DNA from: Phoronis australis
Lineage: Eukaryota; Animalia; Phoronida
Reading direction: 5' to 3'
DNA length: 64,000 bases
Assembly: GCA_002633005.1 (NCBI GenBank)
Contig: NMRA01000103.1
Span: forward strand, 589,612-653,611
A program made the translations under genes and the position numbers. The notes under the pieces are model-generated. The model was not told the DNA's origin and made no database searches. It saw only the letters and a list, made by a program, of their open reading frames with translations. Positions 13,601-25,600 of the stretch are shown here, in pieces (the first letter of the stretch is position 1; each line of letters opens with the position of its first letter).

Positions 13601-16600
13601 CAACAAAAGCTTTCCCCACTCTAGTCTTGATGCCAAAAGATGTCGCTATCTGCTTTTAATTCACCAGTTTACTGGTTTAGGCCCAAACTGCATGTTTGGG
13701 AAGTGTGGAAGTCACCTCCCAAGACTTGTTTGCCGATGGCAAATGTAAAAAAATGATAAAAGAGGTAATCTATTCCTTTAAGGTTACGTAGGACTCTATA
13801 AAAATGGACAATTTTGGCCAACTTCGAAACATCATATCTCAAAATGGCTGATTGGACACTATGCTCCATGCGCTGTTCTCCAGTACGCTGTTAGGGTTTG
13901 TTTTTGAAATGTTCCACCTTTGCACGAAGGTCTATCAAAAAGCAGAATTTTCATAATTTTCATTTAAAAAATCAAAATCAAAGAGCATAGTCATGTGAGC
14001 TGATTAATGGAACATCGGCATAAAGTAAAAAAATCTACGAATTTTCTTCTTTCAGACAATACATATTTTTGCAGAGTTAAATTATATAGTTTTGTAGATA
14101 TTTATTTAAATGTATAGTCAAGTCGATCAGGTACTCCATAATTTTAAGCCATAGTTTCTCCCTACAAGTGCACCTCCAGTGTTTTGCGCGTACAAAACGT
14201 GACCCTAAGTCAGGCCTTGCCAGCACTCACTAATTGTTGACATAATTGATGATTATACTACCAGATGGGTATAGCACCGCTTCTGAACTGATCGCGGATA
14301 ATTTTTCATTTATTCTGCGCAAAAAATCAGCAGAATCTAGCTGTATACTTACAATTTGCCCTTGATGTCATTAACTTTTATTGTTAATTCATTAATCTGA
14401 AATTAAAAAGGACAACGGTGGCTGAACAGTATCACAGAACGAAAACAAATAAATAATGAAAAATGAAACGTACATTTTTACATTAGCACACTACATAAAC
14501 TAAAACTAACAGGTCTGTGTTTCTTAAAACTGCATTTTCTTAGAGTTCAGCAAACAGAAAAGGAAAATTACTTCAGGAATCTGGCTCATAATATTCCAGC
14601 GTAGGACTACATTTTCATTAACGACACTGAATACATCAGCAACTCAACAAAATGCTTTGGAGTTTATTGGGTTTGGCTAACCATAAAATTGCGAATTCAA
14701 AAATGGCCCACAGGCGCATTGCCTGTGACAAATTAAGTTGCCAGCTTAAGGTTATAGGTTAAACAGGAGCATTTGCGATGTTTAGATGTTGCAACTGTAT
14801 AATAGGATTTAGAAGCAGCATCACATTTGTCCATTGCTGAATGGTAGCCAAGTGAGCTAGTAACTCAAGTCATAGACAATGTGTATGTTTCTCATTCTAC
14901 TACCACAAAGATGCAAATGACTCAAAGTGTTACGCAATACACAGAGAAGGTGCGAGATACAGGCACACAGGCAAAAAGCACAACTTTTAAGCTCTGTAAC
15001 TGGGTTTGTATATCCTGCTGCCTGGCCGATCATGAAACTGATCAACAACAGAGCTCCTTTAATAGAAGTGGCACAACGTTTTACTCTGAAATTGGGGATA
15101 ATTTTTCAAGATACTTCTTTAATTCATGGATAAAATTCTTGAAAAACCAGAACTTACACTCGAGGCTTTTTGATTTTGGACCCTTTTATTACCATGATTA
15201 CATACGTATAGAAAAATTACGCACGAGCCCGTACAAATGGTATTTATGCTTTTTTACTCTCGAGGTCTTGCCAAATTCTACAATTTCTAGAAATCAGTTT
15301 GAAAACATGTTCTGACGTTTAAAAAACTCCTGCGGCCATCCATCTCAGAAAAATTACAAGAGATAGTAAGCTGAGCATGGCTTACAACAGAAGTTTATGG
15401 CTTAGCAAACATGTACACCAAGGATAATAAGGTGCTGATAACTTGTCTTGAAAGTCATCTTCAATTATTTTCAATACACAATTTTAGGGCTCAAGTTATG
15501 TGGGACCCTAGAAAAATGTCCACATTTGGCTAACTAAGGAACATTCTCAGAAATGGCCGATTATAGTCACTAAAATTTCCAGGTACTAATTGTTTTATAC
15601 ATTATTCTCCAAAACGCAGTTAGGACTTGTTTTTAAAATGTTCCACTTTTGCATAAGGGCTATCAAAAATATTACTTAAATGATGTTCATGAACAAACTC
15701 TAAAATAGCATAAAACAAAAACAAAAACAAAGTGAGGTTTTAGAAAACTGTAAAAGCATGTTATTGATATTTTGTTTCGATATCATTGTGCCTTTGCTTT
15801 TACGCTACATTTAACTAAAAGACGTGGTCACGTGACCTAAATGGCAGATTTAAATTGTGCAGGCTTTCTACTTTCAGAAAACGTACACTTTTACCGCGTT
15901 AAAACCTACTGTTGGCTAAATGCACATACTCATCCTTATGGTCCCAAAAACCGTGCCAACCCCAATGAATTCAAGAGACAGTTTTCTTGAGATGCTGATT
16001 GTTTCAATGTTGTGTGCTGTTGGGAGAATGTGAAGAGACCAATTTTATGAGCAAAAGTGGCTTAATTCGTTTTTTTTCGTTTTTGATGCTTAATACTGAG
16101 GAACTGCAGTTTTGAATAAAACATGCTTGGTTTTGGGGTGTAATTTTACAAAACTTCAGATGTGAGCTTAAAGTAACCAAAATATGATTCTACAGCTCAC
16201 AAATCGTTTAAGTCAAATATAATACAATCCACAAGGAAAATTATAATCACTGCTGGCCAAGTCTGCGCTAGTGAACTTACGTTAGTAGTCTTGCTCTGTG
16301 TGTAAGTTACGTACGAAATAAATATGGCGTTAACAGCCTACGGATTTTTTCGCCACAGAAAAAAGACAATTCCAATACAGAGCAAACATTGCAAAATTGA
16401 CTCACAGAACAAAGTAGCAAACTTCACTTCAGCATAGCACCCTCTATTGGGCACTACCTCTGATGACATCACAACAATGGTTCAGCGTGGAAACCAGAAT
16501 GCAGTTCGCCATTATTTTCATTCACAGAGATGGTGCAAGTTGCAAAAGAACAATTAGGCAGAAAATGTCGCCTCAACAAGAAGCCAATGGAAATGAGCAT

Positions 16601-19600
16601 GCTTTTAAACAAAAACAGCCAATTTTAAGCTGATTGGGCGGAGGTATCTCCAACAATGCCAGTATGTAAGTGATCCCGGATTTCCAAAACGAGGCTGCTG
16701 TTCAGTGAGTAGAATAAGTACAGGTTACTATAAAGGTAATGCACTTGTAATATAAGGGCAAAATTTTAAACATTTTAACAAGCCAAATTACAAATGTGAC
16801 AAAAATATTCCCATGTATAAACTACCCAAACCACCAATTTTAGATTGCCCAATGTCTTTGTCAAATAAGAATTTGTATGTATTAGTGTCATCAAAATGGT
16901 CATGAAATATCAGTTTGGCAAAATACGCGAGTCCATTGTTAGCAAAAAACACTCAAAACAAACACAGCATGAGTGAAGCAGAAACTTCAGGTAAACGTAG
17001 GGTGAGGAGTGCGTTTGACATTCAAGGTTTCATCACAATCAACCTGCAGTGCTATTTTTTTGTTCTGCAACTCCCAGTCAAGTTTCTGCTCCTCAAGAGA
17101 TGCGTATCGCTGGTACAACTTTTTTACGAGTTTCTCTAGATCAGCTGCAATAAAACAAATCATCAGCAGTCAGTCACGAACACCTTAACTGGTCGGCACA
17201 CAATGCGCCAATAACAAGAACTCAACAATACCTCCACTTCCTGTTTTCTGATTTTCAATTCCCATTCGTATTTTTCCTCTTCAAGTTGGTACATGCGTTT
17301 GTAAAGCTTTTGACAAATCCTCTCCAAGTCAGCTGAAAACAGGGCACAGAATAACGTATTAGTCTAGTAACACAGACCGTGCCCAGGATTCGGACCATGC
17401 TTGACATCGGACGGCACCTAAAACCATACGTTTTACGACTGCCAATTTACTGACTTTCAAGGTGCAATAAGCACATTCACAGGTAAAAATCTCAGTTGTG
17501 TTTGTCGAGCTTTGCCAACATTTTAACGCATAATGTACGCTCGTGAGTAGAGGCACATGCTTTGCGTAAATCAACAATGTCAAATGCACGTTCTTACTTT
17601 GCCAAGCAAGCAAATGATATATTGCCACCAAATGCTTTGCACCACAAAAACAAAATCTTTTGAGCCCGAAAATTCGAATCATAAATTGACAGGGATTGTA
17701 AAACGCATGTATCTCTGAAATAATAAATTATAAGAGTTGCATGAACATCTGCGAGAACACCTCACCTCTAGATCTTGCTTTCCAAGTCTGAGTTCCCATT
17801 CGTACTTATCATCTTCCAGAGCGTACATTCTTTCATACAGTTGAACACACAACTTTTCAAGGGCAACTGAAAATCAAAAAAACCACACCACACGTTGATA
17901 ATCATGCTGGGATACAGCAGTGTTGTTTGCATTTCCCCGGCCATCGATGTGGGTGTGTGTGTTGGCATGCAGTTGAAGTCAACTAAGAGAGTGAGGTAGC
18001 AGACGTCAGCTACAGCTAAAATCAAGAACGGCACGGAAACAAGGCTGGAACTAAATTACTGAAATCACAAAATTTTAACATTCAGTTTATACAGGTTAAG
18101 GAAAACATAGCATGTTAATAATGATTACAGTAAACCACATACAACGAAATGCATACAAGACTATATCTACTGTGGCAATACCACTACATGGTAGAATACG
18201 GAAGACATAAACTCTGATATCTTAAACTAGATCATATGCACAAAGAACAATTTTTAACTTCCTCATTTTCCATTTTCAAACTAACAGCCATCAACTATTA
18301 AAATTAAGCAATTTACACAAACTACTCTAACAATTTAGAATTTTATGAAAATTACTTAATATTTGTTTTTGAAATTCAAAAGAATACAAAACTTCTCACT
18401 TCCACCCGATCTTGTGTACTAAACAGTTGAAGGTTTGCTGTACTTGTCACATGTGATATGGAAGGACTAATCAAGCACGTTAGACTGTTACATTTCAAGT
18501 ACCATGTTCACAAAGTCCATGTATTTCGCAAATCTCAACTAAGTGGTAAAGGCACTGAGACTAAGTAAATTAAGTTAAAGACAATATATGTGTGACACAA
18601 GTCTGTTAAAATTCCCACGTACCAATTTTTACCAAAACAGTTTACAGGGCTTGGAATGACCAATGACAAAAAACGCGGAAACTTTGAAACTTTTACGGCC
18701 CAAATCTTGCCCGATAACCAACCTTGAAATGGTCAGTGTGAACCTTTCCCCACAAAAATCGGGAGGACTAAAAAAAAAAAAAAAACGTTACCACCATCAG
18801 TAGCATGCATCTGCGTCCTTTCAGCTCGCCCGTCCACTCCCAACCCACACATTTTTGGCTGCAGAGCGGTAGTATTTGTCGCCGCGCTTAACAATAACAC
18901 GAGACGCCATTGAATATCTCCCACCACGCTGTCCCAGATGCCCCGGCAATGTTGACAATTTACGTTCCTCCGAAACATAAAGAGCAACTTCCGTTTTTCG
19001 AGGTGAACGTCGTCTGCAACGCCGCGGTAAGAAAGGAATTTGCTGCGGAAATTTTATATCAAATCCGATTTTTTTACGCGGAAATATTATAAAAAAAGCG
19101 GAAAGCACATTTGAAAAAAGCGGAAATCTGCGTTTCCGCGGAAAATTCCAAGCCCTGAGTTTAAGTCAATAAAGAAACCGACTTATAAACTAAGCAATAA
19201 ATACTGCCACTGCTTTGCAGTATTTTGGGAAAAGAATTCACTCTGCTTAGTCTTTTCACAAAATTGCAAACAATCTAAATTTGTGAGTGGCTTACGAGAG
19301 TACGTTACTCCTATGAGAACCCTCGTTTGTATCATTTAGCAACTCAAAAACAGTTAAGATACTCTACGTCAATAAAATTGCACCAATCTGGGACACACTA
19401 CAGGGGCAGATCCAGGAATTTGAGTTGGGGGGGGGCACGGCAGAGTATTGGCCAGGACTGTGCCCGTCAGACATTCGCACTCCCAATCTGCCAAATGGAT
19501 ATTGAGAGAATTTTAGAAGGGCCATGGCCCCGTTGGCCCCTTCTAAATCCACCACTGCACTAGTATGGCCGACAACTGAAATCTAATTCTATCATTTTTT

Positions 19601-22600
19601 CCATTACAGGTATGCAGCTCCAAATTAAATGCTTTTCCATGCTCGAGTTACCATTTTGAAAAATTGTGGGTATTTAATGTTCAAAGTATTCTATGAAAAA
19701 AGGCAATTTGGAAATTAATATTTTCCAAAATTGTTGAGATTTCAGTGTAATGTATCCCAGACTTTGGTGTGTGGTTTTAAATGCCGTTTTGGTCATAAAA
19801 CAGAGGTATGTAAATCACATGTTTACATCACCGCTGATTCATGTAATGCATTGAGGACAGAACCTGAAAAATATTCCTAAGGCAAAATTAACTGCAAATA
19901 AAGAAAAGCAGCGAAAATTTCTCAATACTGAACAATGAAAATATAATTTTTGGAAAGCAACTTCAATACTGTTGCAAAACACATAACTAGGTAAGAATAA
20001 AAAATGTCTGAAATTATAGTATTACTTTCATTAGCAAAATCAGCCAGCCTTAAAAAATAACCTTTACAGAAAAGTTTCAATAAGGCCACAAACACAAACG
20101 ACTGTCCCATAAGAGAGATCCACACAAAACACAACAGATATATGTATGAGTGCATGCTGTCATATTTTACAGGTACACTCGGTTTAGTTCATGAGTATCT
20201 TCAAACTGAAAAAAAGAAATATCAAGGCAAACTGAAAAATGGCGTGCAAAAATGTCACTATGTCAACACACTTGAATGATCATAAGTGAGCAGACACCAA
20301 TGAAAAACAAAATCAATCAATCTATATCAAAATACTGCAAATTTTGTAATACTGATATTGAGAATATTTGGGTAGACTCAGTATCTGAATTCAAAGTACA
20401 CCCAAACATTAAGTATGTCTTCAAATAGTTTTCTTCTAAAAAATTCTCATTTCAAAACATAAAATATCACCCAAATACAAATAAAGAAAATAAAGGTATG
20501 TGCACACAACTGATGTTCACAAGGACAAAGATAAAATCATAATTAATTCATAAGACAACACAAATGAATGAAAACAGCACTTGAACTATGTGCGACAAAA
20601 GCAAATTTTGTCCCTACATAGGTTTCCAAGTTTTGCAAAGATCGCAACTGAATTCAGAAAAACTGGCTGCTGAAACAACATATTTCTAAAAATATTCGAT
20701 TTAATTCAGCAGTATTGATAGATTTATTATCACGATAATTCATTCAAATGAGATGTTATTTTGCCCTGTTTAGCTGGATAAAAAAAGTGGAATGTGGCCT
20801 TGCACAATTCCATAACATGCGCGCACCCAGCCTAAAAAATGGGGAGGGTTCAAATTTAAGAATGTTGACCTTTTACTAAGATTCACAGGGTATGTTTAGA
20901 GCTATGAATTGTGCATTCGCCGAATTTTGGTAGTTCCTGCTCTTTTTGTGGACTTATGTCTCGTTTTTTACTTTTTTTTCGGAGTTTTTGTTTCTCTGAG
21001 GCAGACCTTTTTACACACTTCACTAATTGGGGGCTCATTTGAACCCCAGAGCCCCCACCCCCCTCCCTGGGTGCGCGCATGCATAAATCAGTCTCATAAT
21101 ATTCCTTAATGTGATAGGATTCTATTTCCAAGAAGACTACTGAAACTATCTGAGACTCAAGGAAATGCTTCAGAGTTTATTGGGGTTGTGGCAATTTCGA
21201 AAATGACAAATGTAGGTATTGCCTATGTGTTCTTGTTGGTATCAAAATTACATTCCTATCACAGTAAGGAACATTAATGAAACCAATTTTACGAGAGCAA
21301 AGAGCTAAAGTATTTAATTTGATTTTTATTTTTAGCCAGATAAACAGGGCAAAATGCAGCTTTAAAAATTAACAAAATGATCCCTGGAATTATAATTAAA
21401 ATAAACTTACACATTGAACATACTGTCAAAGGCTGTCATGGTAATGACTCGAGCACTACCTAAAGGTGCAAGGACAGTCCACAGATACGTCCTGTGCTGA
21501 AGTGTTAAACTGGCTCAGCAAGATGAGAGGTAAAATACAATTCCAGGGATCAGCAGTATAAGTTTTCAGGGAAGGACAGTATCATTTGATATCACTATTC
21601 ACTCAAAACGTAACAACGTGTATGTAAATAGAGGGTGCATGCAAACACTAATACAATGCAGAACATGCTTCTTAGTTGTAAATCTAAAATAGAGATTTAA
21701 CATGAAAAATACGACGATTGTAATCCATCCACGAGGGTATTTGGAAATTTGTGGACAAGAATGTGCCACTTTAAATTAGCAACATCGTTATTGTAGGTTA
21801 ATCCTGTAGTAGTCGCCCAGTGTTAACGGACACATGCCGGCAAATACTCATTCCTTTTAATTTCCCAACCTCGCTTTCAAATGCACATGTCCACCTTTTA
21901 TTTATATAGTCAGGACTTTTAGTTTTCTTAAAGTGGCATGTCAATGCTAATTTCAGCTCCAAAGAAATCAATTTGCTTGCCTGCTACTAACAAATAACAT
22001 AATGTTTCTATTTCGTAATTTATATTTTACCTAACTCTTTCACTTGGAATGGTTTGTATACATAAATGGAAGTCCTTGGTTGTCTAGTTGCAATGAATGT
22101 ATGGTTATATAACTGTCCACTGACTACTCAAAAACACCCAATGTCATAACTTGACTTTTTGAGTTCCTCAGTTTTTACCCCTCAACAATAACCTGGATAA
22201 ATAATGGAATAAAAAATTTACCCGTCTTTCCAAGTCTTCAGCAATTAAGAGTGAAGCGATACGATAAGTTCTCTAGAACTCAAGAATCTTTACCCTGTCA
22301 TATATGTTGCACGAAATACACCCAACACCTCGTTATAAAACTTCTCTCAAAAGATGGCAGCACGTCCCCATGGACCTTCTCCCTAGAAATCCATGCACAA
22401 GAATGTGCACTGGGTAAATGTTGCCGATTTGAACATTAATTTTACACTTAATTCTGCAATTTTGTGTCAGCATGCACCCCCTACCTGCTCCGAGTCCATC
22501 GACTGTGATTGGTTCGACCAGTGAACGGATGTGGGCTTCCTTCTCTTCGGCTTTTCGTAAAGCTTCTTGTTTCAACTCGGCCGCGGCTCTTTCCATAATA

Positions 22601-25600
22601 ATTTTCTGAGAAATTGACGTAAAAATTAGTTATCAATTCAAAGAACACAGTGAAAACACCACATACACCCAACACAGGAAAAGATTTTGAAATAATTCCT
22701 CTGGAAGGCAAAACAATACTCTAAATGGTGCATGCCTAGGTGTATCAGGAGAAAGAAAAATAGACTTATGGTTGGAAAATCTTCACTTATTTAGTGCACA
22801 TCATAGTTCATATGCGCAATTTGTCCCTTTTTTCAACAGAAATAAACATTTAAAAAATTTTACTGCAAGCAATTGTTAGCTTTACGAAAGCTGTCCAGAA
22901 CATTAGAAATTTTTGGATACTTGCAGGAAGGTGGCCAGAAAAAAAAAATTAAGTAAACGAACAATTGCTTTGTGCAAAATAGCTGTAGACGTATTATGCT
23001 GAATAAATTATGCAAATCTTAAAAATAGAATCAATAATAGAAAGTGTACGTTAGTCATCTGCTCTGCACTGAAATATATCAAGAATGCAATTAGAAGACT
23101 CAAACAGCAACCAAGGCTATGGGTTTTTTTCTAACAGACATTTAAGTAAAGGAAGTAGAAATATAAATGTATATCCAAGAGGAACCTAGTACAGGTGAAA
23201 ATTCAAGCCAAAACTGAAGCGCGAGTTTCAGTTAAACCATTCCCTGCCAACTCCAGAGAGGGCCAGGTGGCTGGGCTGCTTACAGTCAACAGGCACATAG
23301 TTTTATGACATAATGAGGTGTGGTTAAGGATTACATTGGTGACCAAGCAGCCTGCAGGACTGAACTCAATGGGCGGGCAACTGTGTTCACATTAGCTAAC
23401 TCCAACCTTAGGATGATCGTCAGCTTTTTCCTGTACTGGATTTCTCATGTAAATATTACACAAGCAAATTATAAAGGTATATACATGCAATCATACTCAC
23501 ACAATAAAATTGAACAAAAATTCAAGCTTAAAGCATCAATTCACACGGACACAGCCACCATTAGTCAAGACAAAGAGCTCGGGCTAAATCATGTGACTTT
23601 AAGTGTATGTGAGGACAGGAATTTCCCCCGTTTTTCTGCAAACAGAGCTACATCAGTAAAAAGCACTGTACATATCTTCAAGCAGCCAGCTTCACTCCTG
23701 AATATGTGGGTCGACAAGTTACGCATAACATTGTCAACAAAACTCTCCACTGACTTTCACATGGAGATTTGCAGGATAACTGCTGCTCTTGTCACCAAGT
23801 TGGCTACAAATTTAGGCATGCAGAGGTTGGTTTCGCACTGCTCGGAATGCTGAATTCCCACAGTCCCTTGCAGGTATCCCACAAATCTCCACTTCCAGTG
23901 GTTGAATTTGATTGGCACAACCAGTAATCAATCGGAAACAGCGCATTGTAAGGCAAGACAATATTGATATTTGACAGAGACAAAGTGGACATCAAAACTG
24001 CACATGCCAGAAAGAATTGAAGAAAATGACAAAGGAGCATAACCAGAAATCGCTACCAAGGCGGCAGATTGCAAGCTGGACTTCAGGACCTGTAGAGATG
24101 GAATGGCAGGTCATTAAACCCTTGGACATTGAAACAGAATTTCACCACGATTATTTTTGGCATGCACATGGGATTGTTGCTGCATAGACAAAGCACCTAT
24201 AAATCTATTCTCTGCCACAAGAACTTACTTTTAATTTTGACCACTTACTTGTATTTCAACTAATCTTTGTTGTCATCAAAAAGAATATAAAATTTTTTGT
24301 ACATGTAGATTTCTGACTGCTATTGGCACAAGTCTCGATGCTTGTTCCAATTCCCTTTTTAAATCAAAACAGAATAACCCAGGTGAGAATTTTACATGTA
24401 TTATACGCTCAAAGAGTGTAAAATGTGGTGAAAATGTGTAATCCATGTAAAAAGCAAGTAATCCGTGTAAAAAAAAATCAGGCGTGCAACACGTGGCAGG
24501 AACCCCAAATATATTCATGGCTGAAACTGCACGCAACAGGATAGCAGTGGTGTTAAGCCAACTCTTCTCATGTTCTCAACTAAACTCAAGGATTAACATT
24601 GTACAGGGGTCGAAGTTCAAACTAGGCTACATACTTTCATCCATGCCATTAATCTCTAGGGGTTCAACTCGTTCAGTAATGATGCGTGTCCGTTCAGCAG
24701 CCTTGGCTTCCTGCTCACGTTTTATGTCGTCCATCGCCCGCTCCATTATTAGTTTCTACAACATGCCATGATGTCATCATGCAAACAAGCACCTAACAAA
24801 CAGAATGAACTTCTATCTACGCAAAAAATCATTATAATAGGAACAACCTATTTACGACTTAAAAAGTAGTTATAAGGTCATTAAGATTACAATATTTCTT
24901 GTTGTTGTCTTATTTCAGCATAGGGTAGAATGGCCTACATTTAAGGCACAAATATAGTTCTGTTAATTTAAACTGATCGCAAAAATGGCTAAGAACAGGA
25001 ACACAGAATTTTTTATCCCGATTTCATCTTATTCAAAAATGAACCCGGCAACCAAATTTATACCGTTGGAAAATTTTCATAAAAATGTTCTTGTATATGC
25101 CCACCAGACAGTGGACTGCAGGGCTTGTATTCTGAAATCTTCATGACAAAACCATGCATTTGTTTTAACTCTAGGAAGAACGGAAAACAAAATGTAGCTT
25201 CGTCATGGAAAATATCTAACTTACAAATTGAGATTTTGTTTATTTTATAGTCAGAAATCATGCATTCATGCTTGTTAAACAGACATACAGGGCATATGCA
25301 ACTAGTTGGTAGCCATCTTGTAAACCATCGGCCATCTTACCTTGAGAAGTTTTTTCTTCTCAGGTGAAAGACCTCCAAGACCTGTCCTCTTTGTCTTCTT
25401 TTTCTTTTCCTCTTCTTCGCGTTGTTTGCGTTCCTCCTGTTAAATGCGTTCAATAAGTTTTAGTGTTCTACAAGCTTAACCCAAAAATTGTTAAAGCACA
25501 ATACACAATGGAGTCCAATTCTCTTGTCTCAAAGGGAGACTTCAGAACAATTAAGTTGCCATGTCCCCAAAATCATTAAAATATAACTCATTTAGAATGG

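Noticed and set aside
23320-23853. 177-aa plus-strand ORF between A1 and A2
   Set aside because: Non-ATG start, no domain and no supporting exon structure; probably chance.
23804-24040. DYW...DLWDTC resemblance to the claudin W-GLW-C motif
   Set aside because: Spacing and the second Cys do not fit, and no further transmembrane exons were found.
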